Source of the DNA: Isurus oxyrinchus
Taxonomy: Eukaryota
DNA: 64,000 nt
Direction: 5' to 3'
Assembly: GCA_026770705.1 (NCBI GenBank)
Contig: JANJGN010000071.1
Span: 186,001-250,000, forward strand
Shown in pieces: positions 1-11,980 of this stretch. The translations under genes and the position numbers were made by a program. The notes beneath the pieces were generated by a model. The model saw only the letters and a program-made list of their open reading frames with translations, ran no database searches and was not told where the DNA came from. Each line of letters opens with the position of its first letter. Positions within the stretch are counted from its first letter, which is position 1.

Positions 1-435
1 GAGGTCAGGTTGGACAGGTTAGGCTTGTATCCACTGGAGTTTAGAAGAGTAAGAGGCAACTTAATTAAAACCTTTAAGATCCAGGTGAGTCTTGACAGGG
101 TGGATATGGAGAGGATGTTCCCTCTTGTGTGAGAATCTAGAACTAGGCGGTCATGGTTTAAAAATAAGGGGTCGCTCATTTAAGATAGAGATGAGGCGAA
201 ATGTTTTCTCTCAGAGGGTAGTAAGTCTTTGGAACACTCTGCCTCAAAAGGCAGTGGAAACAGGGTCTTTGAATATTTTTAAGGCAGAGCTAGATAGATT
301 CTTGATTAACAAGGGGGTGAAAGGTCATTGGGGGTAGACAGGAATGTGAGGTTGAGGTGACAATCAGATCAGCCATGATCTTACTGAATGGCGGAGCAGG
401 TTCGAGGGGCTGAGTGACCTACTCCTGATCCTAAC
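1..435 (+). mobile_element. CR1-type LINE 3' fragment
   Basis: RRNVFSQRVVSLWNTLPQKAV...FKAELDRFL ORF2 C-terminus followed by the typical 3' tail. Confidence 0.8.
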
Positions 436-1689
436 TCAGATATCCAGATGTTCTCAAAGGCAATTGGGGATGGGCAACAAATACTGGCCTAGCCAGTGAC
501 ACCAACATCCCTGAAATGAATAAGAAAAAAATGTATCAATCAATTAAATTTATTGATTAATCGAATCGAAATTCCTCCAGCTGCTGTGGTGGGATTTGAA
601 CCCGTGCCTTCAAAGCATTCACCTGGGCCTCTGGATCACTGGCCTAGTGCCATTCCCATTGTGCGACTGTCTGCTATCATCATGGCTCTTTCACATCGAT
701 GTGGAAGTCCTGATAACAGAAGCATTGGACGAGGTACAGAAAGGTGACAAATCAGGAGCTCCATTGCTCAATATGAACGGATAATAAAGATAAATGAACA
801 TAAACCTTCCAGTCGCTAATTAGGGAGTCACTGTGGAGCCCATGAGTCCCTCGCAGCGCTATTGCAACCGTCTGGATCCCCAGTAGGGGACTCGGGGTGC
901 AGCTGTGTCTTCCTCATCATTTGGAAAAGCCGGAATTGTTCAGGTGCCCCTTCAAACAGGCCTACGAGTGCAGTGGGTGATGTCTCCCACAGGCCCTGGG
1001 AGACCTCCCCTGCCAATTTGTTTTGTAGCTTATTCTTCAACTGCGACATTGGATCAGCTTGAAAAAGGGTGGGGCTGAGGCAATACCACCAGGTAAGCGT
1101 CTATCCCCTCACACGTCACCCCCCCCCCCCCCACCCCCGTGACCATCACAGTCCCTCCCATCGTGCTGGAGGAGCATAATGTGCACATTCCCCTCCTTCC
1201 AATCAGTCTCCTCCCTTCCTCTCTAATCCTTGATCTTATTGTGTTCGGGGTTGACATCCCAGTCCTCCTCCCTAGACTGTCTGATGTTGACATCCCAATG
1301 CCCCATGTAGACCTGACCTCTCTCCAACTAGAGGCCCATTGTACTGTGACTTACAGAGACCACCGGCCCCCCTCGATTCTCACCCCCACCCCTACTCTCT
1401 ATATTACCTGCTCCCCACTGACAGGCTGCAGATGCCTCCCCTGACTGGGATTGTGCCACCTGCGGCCTAGTATCAAGCCCCCACCCCCAGGACCGACGTG
1501 TGTGAGGGACTGACCACGTCACTCATACCATGCTGGGCACGACCAACCCAGGACTGCCAGGCTCTCCCCACCACACTGGACTGGGACTAGAATAGGCGTG
1601 CCAAGCACAGCTCTCTAAATCGTGGCGCAGACCCACAGCACTCGCAATGTTTTGTGGCCCGAATCCTTGCTGAGGAACTGCCCAGCACT

Positions 1690-1790
1690 AAAATCAAAAC
1701 AACTGCAGATGCTGGAAATTCAAAACAGAAACAGAAACAGAAATACCTGGAAAAACTCAGCAGGTCTGGCAGCATCGGCGGAGAAGAACT
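1690..1790 (-). mobile_element. Penelope terminal fragment
   Basis: Matches about 31560-31655 (CCTGGAAAAACTCAGCAGGTCTGGCAGCATCGGCGGAGAAGAA). Confidence 0.6.
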
Positions 1791-2172
1791 GAGGTAGTGC
1801 GGCACTGTCGGAGGTTCAGTACTGAGGGAGTGCTGCACTGTCGGAGGGTCTGAGCTGAGGGAGTGCTGCACTGTCGGAGGGTTTGAACTGAGGGAGTGCT
1901 GCACTGTCGGAGGGTTTGAACTGAGGGAGTGCTGCACTGTCGGAGGGTCTGAACTGAAGGAGTGCTGCACTGTCGGAGGGTCTGAACTGAGAGAGTGCTG
2001 CACTGTCGGAGGTTCTGAACTGAGGGAGTGCTGCACTGTCGGAGGGTTTGAACTGAGGGAGTGCTGCACAGTCGGAGGGTCTGAACTGAGGGAGTGCTGC
2101 ACTGTCGGAGGGTTTGAACTGAGGGAGTGCTGCATTGTCGGAGGGTCTGATCTGAGGGAGTGCTGCACTGTC
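1788..2172. repeat. 33-bp minisatellite (ACTGAGGGAGTGCTGCACTGTCGGAGGGTCAGT-type)
   Basis: About 11 units. Same family at 15997-16289, 18389-18685, 27380-27620, 36857-37748, 53232-53460 and 56098-56348. Confidence 0.9.
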
Positions 2173-2903
2173 TAAAGAACATTGTACAAATTGCACAAAA
2201 TTTCATCTGATGCCTGTGTCTCATGCTAACATGAAGTTCATGCACACAACAGGAATATTTCTCGCTGTTTCTCTGCAGCAAGACAGCTTTGGTATCACAC
2301 CACCCACTGGCAAGAGTGTGCAGTTACAATGTGACATGTTTACATTGGAAATTTCTATTATAAAGATGGACAGAGGAATTCATCTGATTGGAAAACGTGA
2401 CAACAGGAAGCTATGTCTTTGAGCCAAGTATTTTGCAGCAAAACAAGAATTTTAATCTTTAAATATCTACAGAACAGGCTGAGCATTTTAATCACTTGAG
2501 TTAATCAAAGTAATTTTATTCATAAGCCAAATGCTTCTTACAATCTATCGCAGCATGAAAAAGGTGCAGCATTCAGAAAGCACATTCCAATCAGAGAACA
2601 GAGTTTAGCAACGTCACATTTCTGTTCATTCCTATTCGATGAACAATTTCAAAAGGAAATTGGACGGAAATTGGAAATAAATTTGCAGGGATACGGGGAT
2701 AGAGCAGGGGATGGGACTGAGTGGATTGCTTTACAGAGAGACAGCATAGACTCAATGGGCCAAATGTCCTCCTCCATTGCTGGAATGACTCGATGATACG
2801 GAGATGATTATAACCAGGACACTGACCAGTTTCATTACAACTTAACACAACATCACACGTTATTTGTCCGCACTGACTGACCAGATTGTTGCTGTACAAA
2901 GCT

Positions 2904-3043
2904 TCAAACAGTCTGTCGACTTCCTTTCACTGTTTGTCTCTCCCAGACACAGACTCCAGTGATAGTGATAACCACAGCCACAAGGAATATCACAGCTCGT
3001 ATTCCCAGGATCAGGATCACGTGCAGAATCTCTCCTCCACTGT
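2904..3043 (-). CDS. Gene C terminal exon: Arg-containing TM with short tail (activating type)
   Basis: Polypyrimidine-TAG acceptor, phase 1. (D)SGGEILHVILILGIRAVIFLVAVVITITGVCVWERQTVKGSRQTV*. No Tyr in the tail. Confidence 0.8.
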
Positions 3044-4164
3044 CTAGAGAACACACAGAAAGAAATCATCACTGACTCTCCACTTTCAATCTCTCACTCT
3101 GGCTGAACAATCAAACTTCATATCACTGCAACATTTGCTGTAATATTGACCCATCCACTGGGATTCAATGTGGAATGAATGTTTTCATTGTAAACACTCT
3201 AAGAGTGGACAATCGGAACTTTCCCCTTAGCGTGGAACATTGGTGAGAATGGATCATTGTGCTGTTGGACTCCCTGTCCAATGTTTCTCTCTATTGCTGT
3301 GTACAGGATTGTGCTGTAGAAAATTCTGGAAACGTTTAGTGCCGGGTGAAAATCCATCTCGGACGTGTGTGCGAATCGGGCAGGATCGAGATGGACTCCC
3401 CCACGGACTTACACCCCCCGCTTAATAAACAGTTCCAATCTTTACCCAGAGAGAGGGGAGAATGTGGAACTCGCTCCCACAGGGAATGGTTGAGGTGAAT
3501 AGTAGGAAATTAGGAAGTGAAATTGCTTGAAAAGCTTGGAGATGCAAGGGTTAAGTGTGACCGTGCCACCACTGGTGGGAGAGTGTAACTACAGCGTGAC
3601 GTTTACATAGGCAATCCCCATTATGAACAAGGACATTGGACATCATGTGAAAAATGGGCACTGGAAAGCTGAGAACTTGATGTAAGCTTTTCACCAACAG
3701 GAATTCCCTTCCTAAACCTCTCCACTTTCCTCTTACTCTCAAATACTCAAACAAAATTTCACACAAAATCACGTAAGGAGGAATTGGGACAGGTGACTGG
3801 TCAAAGAGTTAGATTTCAGGAAGGTTCTTAAAGGAGGATAGAGAGTTGGAGAGGCAGAGAGTGTCTGTGAGTAACTCTGTGCATCTGAGTGTCTGTAATA
3901 GACTTTGCAATTTCCATATTCTTCCATAAATATGAAAGGGAACACAAATCCCAGAATCCAGGTCAACTCACCGGTGCAGCACTGAGGGAGGTCAGGTAAT
4001 CCACAGGGGAGTATGTGCTAGTGTGTTTGTTTGTGAGTGTGTCTTTGTGTGTGCTCATAGATGTGAGATTGTGTGTCTGCAGGTGTCGATATAAGGCTGT
4101 ATATTTATGTGTGTTGTTGTAGTGTTTCAATCTGAGAGAGATGTTGAAGTTTGTCTTAACTAAC

Positions 4165-4315
4165 GTTCCACAGTGATGGTTATGAACCCCTCCACTGCTC
4201 CATGTTCATTCACTGAGCACACTGATAGTCTCCAGTGTCCCTGGATGTAACGTGAGGAATCACCAACCACAGCTCATTGTTGGAACTTGTTCTGTTCATT
4301 TAATATTCAGATGTC
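4165..4315 (-). pseudogene. Gene C truncated C2 exon remnant
   Basis: Only the 3' half of the 282-nt exon remains, with a 1-nt deletion near 4212. The 5' half is replaced by unrelated sequence. The homologous upstream intron resumes at about 4500. Confidence 0.8.
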
Positions 4316-4638
4316 AGGACCGGACTCAACAAGACAGATTGCAGGTTTACCAACAGAAAGTGAACAACAATTTATATTCAAAGGGAAGAGAGTGCTGGTT
4401 AATCAGCAAGTGGTCACTGATTGGAGGAGGTGTTGCCATGGAAAATAATGTGTGTGAAATGTAAAGTTTAGACAGCTTGTCTCTTCATTCAGCAACAATC
4501 AAATAAAGATCAGTTAACTTCTATCGACTGTGAAGCACTTTGAGAGGCATGAGAATGTGGACACTGAGAACGGGCTGCACTGTCAGAGGGTCAGCGCTGA
4601 GGGAGTGCTGATGTAGAATGAAGGGTGTCCGTACTTAC

Positions 4639-4935
4639 CTTGCACAGTTAGTACGAGGGTCCGCTCCGATGAAACAGATGGATATCTCACTCTGCAGCTG
4701 AGAGTGTGTCCGTGGTGTTTGAGTGATGGGATCAGGGTCAGAACAGAAGTATAGGTCAGAGTGACACCATGCTGAGTTACAGTGTTTGAGACTGATCCAC
4801 GTACGTCAGTGGGAGTGTCCCAGGTTAAGACAGGTGCTGCTGTTCCATTGCACGTTGTGTTGAAGGTGCAGCTTACATCCACACGCTTTCCTGCAATAAT
4901 TTCAGCAGGGAATATTGTGGGTTTATCTGTGAAAT
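4639..4935 (-). CDS. Gene C second Ig exon (open, but within a probable pseudogene)
   Basis: 297 nt, AG/GTAAGT, open. Confidence 0.8.
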
Positions 4936-5663
4936 CTAACAGACAGAGAATGGATCCTTTTAGAGAAATATAACGTGAAGCATCAGTTCAAATAGAAATC
5001 ACAGTCCCACAAGAAAAAGCACTTTTACAAGGATGATATCAGATCTAACAGATTACAATGATCAGGAGAGAATTTCCTGCTTTGAGACTTTGGTATTTCT
5101 GTCTCTCAGCTTAATACACGTTCACTCCGAGACACTTGAACTGATAATAGTGGGTGAGGGTGAAGGAGCAGACCAGAGTTTGGAGTGCACTACCCCATCA
5201 TTCACTCAGCAATCTGGGCCATTTATTACTTTGCAATTTGTGGGAGCTTGCTGTGCACAAATTGGCTGCTGTGTTTCTCACATTACAACAGTAACTACAA
5301 TTCAGGAATCAGCTCATTGGCTGTGAAGTGATTTCGTCCGTGGTGAGGTGGTGAAAGGTGCTACAGAAATGTGAATCTTTCTTCTGTCGATATGTCAGAC
5401 TTCAAGACAGGATTAGAGAGATCGATGGGAGTGGATAACCTGATAACATTGATGGACACAGTCAATACATTTAATCATTGTCATTAAAGTGAGTATTAGA
5501 GGTTGCTTTAGGACTGAACTGGAAGCTATCACCAGGTTATTGAGAATCAGACAGTGTGTTATAATAAGCTGTGTTTTGTGTTAATATGTAAACGTCACAG
5601 ATTGTGTTATTTCCCATTGAGTGTTGGATGTGAATTGATGAGTAATTATAACACAGCACTTAC

Positions 5664-6032
5664 CAGAAACGTGAAGCTGGGTTACAGGGTAATAGTTATG
5701 GCTCAGACCATTGTCAAATTCTATTCTGAAAAAATAAGGTCCTGCATCTTCCCGTCTGATGTTGTTTATAATCAGGGAACAGTCGCCATGTTTCAGGTCT
5801 CCAGACAGCCGGGTCCGATTGTGGAAACGTGGTAACTCATGACTGTGATCCTTGGAGTGAAAGGCAATGGGAGCCCAGGGAATCTGTTCCTCATTATTAA
5901 ACCAGACTCCACCTCGCGGTTGGTTTTCCAGACACGATGGATAACTGTAATGACATGGAATCTGTACACACGAACCTTCCTGCGCTGTCACCTCTCATGG
6001 AGTGTCACCTTTCCACTCTTGTGACAGTCCAA
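5664..6032 (-). pseudogene. Gene C V exon with premature stop (CGA to TGA)
   Basis: 369 nt. GDTP*EVTAQ with TGA at 5995-5997 where paralogues have CGA. Otherwise open and close to the gene B V exon. Confidence 0.85.
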
Positions 6033-6139
6033 CTGGGGAGAGAAATATCAATATTTAACTCTGAATGTTTTCTCAATCCACTAGACTCAATATCCACCCC
6101 CTCCATCACTGGATGGTTTGTGGATCCACTAGACTCAAA

Positions 6140-6920
6140 ATTTACAGATGAGGCTGAATTGGGGGGATGGTCAATACTGAGGAGAATGGCAACAAATTAT
6201 ATTGGCAGGAAGAATAGAAAAACAGAATATTATTTAAATGGAGACAGGCTGCAGAATGCAGTACAGAGGGATCTGGGTGTCCTTGTACATGAATCACAGA
6301 AAGTCAGCATTCAGGAACACCACGGAATGAGGAAGGCAAGTGGAATGTTGGCCTTTATTGCAAACGGATGGAGTAGAAAAAGGAGGGAAGTCTTGCAACA
6401 GCTGCACAGGGTGAGATTCTATCAGGAGCAGTGTGTACAAGCAGTTCAGAGAAGCTTCACTGGGCTGATTCCTGGGATTAAAGGGTTTGTCCTGTGAGGA
6501 AATGTTGAGCAGGTTGGGCCTGTATCCATTGGAGTTTAGAAGAATGAGGAGTGACCTTATTGAAACATATCCGATTCCGAGGGGGCTTGACAGGGTGGAT
6601 GCTGGGAGGATGTTTCCCCCTCGTGGGGGAATCTAGAACCAGGGAGCACAGTTTCGAAATGAGGGCTCTCCCATTTAAGACTGAGATGAGGAGGAATTTC
6701 CTCTCTCAGAGGGGCGCTAGCCTGTGGAATTCTCTTCCCCAGAGAGCAGTGGAGGCTGGGCCATTGAATAGACTCAAGGCTGAGTGAGGCAGGTTTTTGA
6801 TCGACAAGGGAGTCAAGGGTTTGGGGGACAGGCAGGAAAATGGAGTTAAGGCCACAACCAGATCAGTGAGAGCAGGCTCGAGGGGCCGAATGGCCTGCTC
6901 CTGTTCCTATTTCTTATGAT
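6140..6920 (+). mobile_element. CR1-type LINE fragment
   Basis: YYLNGDRLQ...QRDLGVLVHES; RRNFLSQR...WNSLPQRAV; 3' tail. Confidence 0.8.
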
Positions 6921-7479
6921 CCTACATTCTTACCATCTTAAAATATTAAAGCTGCAGAATAAACATGCAAGTGACTGACCCGCTCGACCCACCTTCCATC
7001 TGGGGGACCCATGGGGAGGACCCTTCCTGAGCCAGGTCCACCAGCCAACATGGTCTGGATCCGAGCACAGGAGACACGGTGGGGAGTGACTAACAGGCTC
7101 CTTGTGACAGGCCCCGTCTGTCCAATGGCTGGCTTTCAGCTGCCAAGGCCAGAGTGGTCCTTGCTAAAACCAGCTCAGGACTGGCCAGGACCCCTGTGCA
7201 GACCCCCTCCAGCGCTGCAGCCTCTGTACAAACCCCTCATGCGCTTGTGGAGAGACACAAACAAGGCTGCACATTACCGAGGAGAATCCCCTCTACGGAC
7301 TAAGGGGCTGACTCATCACCTTAAACTCAGCAAATGAGGAGGCTCTCGCTCGGTATCGGGGCTTGGCATTCGCTCAATAAAAATAATCAAATGACATTTT
7401 GGTCAGAAATCTAAGGAGGTTGTACATTCCCTCTAAAATAAGAATCAATCTGGGGTCGAGGGTCAAAGGGCAACAACTT

Positions 7480-9410
7480 ATATGTGCACAACAACTTTAA
7501 CATGACAAATCACCCCAAGGTGCTATACAGGAGCGTCATAAAATAAAGTATGTCACCCAGACACATGTGGAGATATTAGCGACAGCTGGCCAGAAGATGT
7601 CGGTGTTATGGAGAATCTTAAAAGGGTGATGAAATGGATAGTGAGAGAGAGAGAGATAGAGATAGAGAGAGTAAGAGAGAGGGATGGAGAGGGGTTGAGG
7701 GAGGGTATTACAGAGCTCAGGCCCCAGGCAGCTGAAGGCATGGCCACCGATGTTAGAGTGATGCGATCGGGGGATGGTCAAGAGGCTGGAATTGGAGAAG
7801 CGCAGAGACCTCAGAGGGTTGGAGAGGCTGGAGGAGGTTACAGAGATAGGGAGGTTTATAGGGGCTGGAGGATGTTACAGAGATAGGGAGGGTTGGAGGG
7901 GCTGGAGGAGTTACAGAGATAGGGAGGGTTGAGGGGCTGGAGGAGGTTACAGAGATAGTGAGGGTTGTAGTGATTGGAGGAGTTACAGAGATAGGGATAG
8001 TTGTAGGGGCTGGAAAAGTTAAGAGAGATTGGGAGAGTGTAGGGTCTGGAGGAGATTACAGAGACAGTGAGGGTTGTAGTGATTGGAGGAGTTACAGAGA
8101 TAGGGATAGTTGTAGGGGCTGGAAAAGTTAAGAGAGATTGGGAGAGTGTAGGGTCTGGAGGAGTTTGCAGAGGTAGGGAGGGTTGTAGTGACTGGGGCAG
8201 GTTACAGGGGCAGGGAAAGTCGTCGGGACTGGAGCAGGCTACAGTGATAGGGAAGCTTTTAGGGGCAGGAGGAAGTTACAGAAATAGGGAGGTTTGTAGT
8301 GGCTGGAGGAGGTTGCAGAGATTGGTAGGTTTGTTGGGCAGGATGAATTTACAGATATAGGGAAGCGGTAGAAGCTTCAAGAGGTTACAGAGAATGGGAT
8401 GGTTGTAGGTACTGGAGGAGGACGAGGAGATTACAGGGATAATGAGGAAACAAAGATGAAAATTTTGACATTGAGACTTTTCTTGACCAGGAGCCAGTCT
8501 CGGTCATCGAGCAGAGCGGGTGATAAGGGAATGGGACTTGGTATGAGTAAGGACGTGGTCAGCAGTTTTGGATGGCCTCAAGTTTATGGAGTGTAGAGCG
8601 TGTGTTGGAACAGTCGAGACTGGAGGTAATGAAGGCGTGGATGAGGGTTTCAGCAGCAGACGAGCTGAGACAGGGTGAAGTCTTGCGATGTTACGGAGGT
8701 GGAAATAGACGGTATTAGTGAGGGCACAGATATGAGGCCGGAAGCTCATCTCAGGATCAAATGGGACAACAAAGCTGTGAACAGATTGGCTTCAATCTCA
8801 GAGAGCTGCCAGGGAGAGGAATGGAGTTGGTAGCGAGGGAACAGAGTTTGGAGCGGGGAATGAAGACAATGGCTTCAGTCTTTCCAATATTTAATTGGAG
8901 GGAATTTCTGCCCATCCAGTACTGGATGTCGGATAAGCAGCCTGATAATTTAGCAGCAGTGGAGGAGTCGAGAGAGGTGGTGGTGAGGTAGAGCTGGGGA
9001 TCCTCAGTGGACAGGTGAAAACTAACACTGTTCAGATGATGCTGCAAAGCCATTGCAAGTGATTCTCTGGCTACGATGAGATGGATAAGAATGGAGCCAG
9101 GGGAGAGCAGTCCCACCCAGCTGGACGACAGTGGAGAGATGTTGGAGGAGGATGGTGTGGTCGAGCGTGTCAAAGGCTGCAGACAGATCGAGAAGGACGA
9201 GGAGGGAAAGTTGACATTTGTCACAGTCACACAGGATGCCATTTGTGACCTTGATAAGAGCTGTTTCAGCACAGTGGCTGGGGTGGGAACCTGATTGGAG
9301 GGATTCAAACATGGAGTTCCGGGAAAGATGGGAACGGATTCGGGAGATGGAAACACGTTCAAGGACTTTGGAGGGGAAAGAGAGGCTGGAGATGGGACGG
9401 GGGTTTACAC
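7480..9410 (-). mobile_element. L2-type LINE fragments interrupted by a minisatellite
   Basis: RPISSLSFPSKVLER...QSG...ETALIKVTN...LLVLLDLSAAFDTLDHTILL; LQLNIGKTEAI; YFHLRNIARL. Confidence 0.75.
7800..8440. repeat. Purine-rich minisatellite of about 37 bp
   Basis: GAGATAGGGAGGGTTGTAGGGGCTGGAGGAGGTTACA-like units. Confidence 0.75.
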
Positions 9411-9676
9411 GGACAGTGTGAGGTGTGGAAGGTGTAGTGGGGAGGAGACACTTCACTCAGGTGGGAGGTGTCATTACCCCTCAGCTCGGTTTACGTTACA
9501 GCTATGATGTGGATTCAATCACACACAATAAGCTCATGGATCTGGGAGCAGAAATAGAAAAATCATTAAAAATAGTGACGCTGGTTAACACGGCCAAAAA
9601 ACAAGCAAATCAAACATTATTATTTCCCATTGAGTGTTGGATGTGAATTGGTGAGTAATTATAACACAGCACTTAC

Positions 9677-10054
9677 CAGAAACGTGAAGCTGGGTTACAG
9701 GGTAATAGTTATGGCTCGGACCATTGTCAAAATCTATTCTGAAAATATAAGTTCCTGCATCTTCCCGTCTGATGTTGTTTATAATCAGGGAACAGTCGCC
9801 ATCTTTCAGGTCTCCAGACAGTCGGGTCCGATGGTGGAACTGTGGTAACTCGTGACTGTGATCCTTGGAGTGAAAGGCTACAGACCTTTTAGAATATTTG
9901 TTCCGTATGTACCTTCTCATATACCAGATTCCGACATGTCATTTCTTTGCCAAATCTGATGGATAACTGTAATGACATGGAATCTGTACACACGAACCTT
10001 CCTGTGCTGTCAACGCTCGTGGAGTGTCACCTTTCCACTCTTGTGACAGTCCAA
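9677..10054 (-). pseudogene. Divergent Siglec-like V exon with in-frame stop
   Basis: 378 nt, intact splice sites. ...YSYPSDLAKK*HVGIWYMRRYIRNKYSKRSVAFH...YIFRID. TGA at 9939-9941. Confidence 0.82.
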
Positions 10055-10274
10055 CTGTGGAGAGAAATATCAATATTTAACTCTGGATGGTTTGTAGATC
10101 CACTAGACTCGATATCCACACTCTCCATCACTGGGGCACAGTGGCTGCAGTGTGGACCATCTGTAGGACACACAAGGAACTCCCCAAGGTTTCACAATGG
10201 ATGGAAGAGAATCCTGGACACAGGAGTGGACTAGTTCATTCTACATTGGCTCATGGTCCTCAGGACCCTGTTTG

Positions 10275-11980
10275 TGCACAAGCCTGCTATCCAACAGAAC
10301 TGAAGTTGGGGAAAATCCATTTGGAATTCCACTGTCCAGGGCATTGTGTTAACTTGCTGAGTTTGTTTTAAATCTAACATCTATTTTTGGTCTGTTGCCT
10401 TAAAGGGAGTGTAACTGGGAGTCAGGTTAATTAGGAATTTTAGGAGTTATTATAGCAGTCATTGTAGTCTTATGTATGTGCTTGAAATCTTTTATTTTGA
10501 TGACAAATATTTTACTTTATTGTTTTAAATCTGTAAAGTTCTTGGTGGAGTTATTGCTTCTGAATTCAGTGCACACATCTCATAATAAATACAAATTGCA
10601 AAATCATTATGATCATGTGACCACCTTTCTGTCAGGGACTTGGTCTGCCTGGCACACATCACCTGCCAAGTGATAACACTGTTGTAAAATGCCTTTCAGG
10701 GACAGCAGCATGACATCACTCGAGGGGAAGTGCGTCATGTGATTTTTAGGAAATGGAGTTGGCTTAAGTAAGTTCGATGTGTATTTGTGTGTGTTAGGCA
10801 TAAGGTCTATCTTTAAGTTCAAGTTTAGTTTGTATTTCTGTATTTGGGTGTTTAGAAAAGGGGGAACTTGACTTAAAAAGAAGCCAGCATTCCACTGAGG
10901 TTTTATGTCTCTTGAAGGGAAGTCAAGAGAAATACAAGGTGTAAGAAACTGTGCTGTTGCCTAGCAACAGTGATCCAGAGGGAAAGACCCACAGAGACAG
11001 AGAAAAACAGAAAAGTACTTTCAGTTCTGTTGAAAGGAGTTGCCAGGAGAAGCAGCAAAGGAGCGGGACAGATAGTCAGTCCCAAAGTAAAGAAGAAGCC
11101 AAAACCATCGAGTGGAACAGGAGAAAGGGTCCAAGAAAACCTTCTAGTCAAATCTGGAAAAGGCCCTGTTAAGTGAAGTTAAGAGTGAGGAGCAGAAGAA
11201 GGCTTCAAGCATAAAGGGAGAAAGCAGCAGGACACAGACCTAAAGCAAAATAGGCTTGTGAGAAGCCAGAAGATCCTAGGAGACACCACAGGTTGGTGAC
11301 TCATTACTACGGCCATGTGAAGCCATGGTGTTCCATTGACACGGCTGAGCATTGGAGAGACAGGGCGTGGAAGGAAGGCTGAATGCACGTGGCGATCCAG
11401 GGGGCAGGAACATGGGAAGGAGAGTTTGAAATAGTGAAAGTGGACCCTTGTGGAAGGTGTCTGAGTGAAAGTGTCATGTTGGAGAAGATTCCAAAGCGTG
11501 TCCTTGAAGAGTGGATACTGGAAACCCTCATATGGATATCTCAGTTCAGTGAGACTGGTTGGCTCACAGTGTAACAAGCGTCTGGGGTCAGATGAGGAGG
11601 GAGACATAGAATTTGTTTCAAGTGGGTTCTTTCAATTGCTTTAAGAGTGTGGTGTCCCTGACCACAGGTCGTCTATTGGTTTACATCGACTGTGTACTTA
11701 GTGTGAACATGAGAGTATAAGATAGTTATTGTAACTTGTGTTCTACTTATGAATCTGTAAAGGTATAGGTCTGGCTGAAGGAGTAATGTAATATAGTCTG
11801 TCTTTCCTAGTTTAATAAATGTTTTATTCCTTTGTTAGAATCTCATCAGATGACTCCTGTGACTCTGTTCAGTAGCCACACTCCACATTCCAAAATAAAA
11901 AATAAAATTAGGACCTATCAAGCTGAGTTCCACCCTGGGATCTGACTTGCCCAGTAGTAACATCAGCTGGGATGATAACA
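10275..11980. mobile_element. Unclassified LTR-like repeats (related to 25504-26395 in inverse orientation)
   Basis: 10290-10680 resembles the reverse complement of 25504-25920. TG...CA-type ends and AATAAA. No coding homology seen. Confidence 0.4.

Noticed and set aside
1587-2281. Long ORFs with 11-aa periodicity (QHSLSTDPPTV / VLRECCTV), here and at other arrays
   Set aside because: They are translations of the 33-bp minisatellite, open in several frames on both strands, with no gene context.
5995-5997. Selenocysteine or programmed readthrough at the TGA
   Set aside because: Paralogues have CGA, so CpG decay explains it, and gene C has other lesions.
5664-10054. RAG-type V(D)J rearrangement suggested by multiple V exons
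   Set aside because: Each V exon encodes a complete domain ending in a splice donor. I saw no heptamer-spacer-nonamer signal at their ends, and CACAGTG within the C2 exons has no nonamer.
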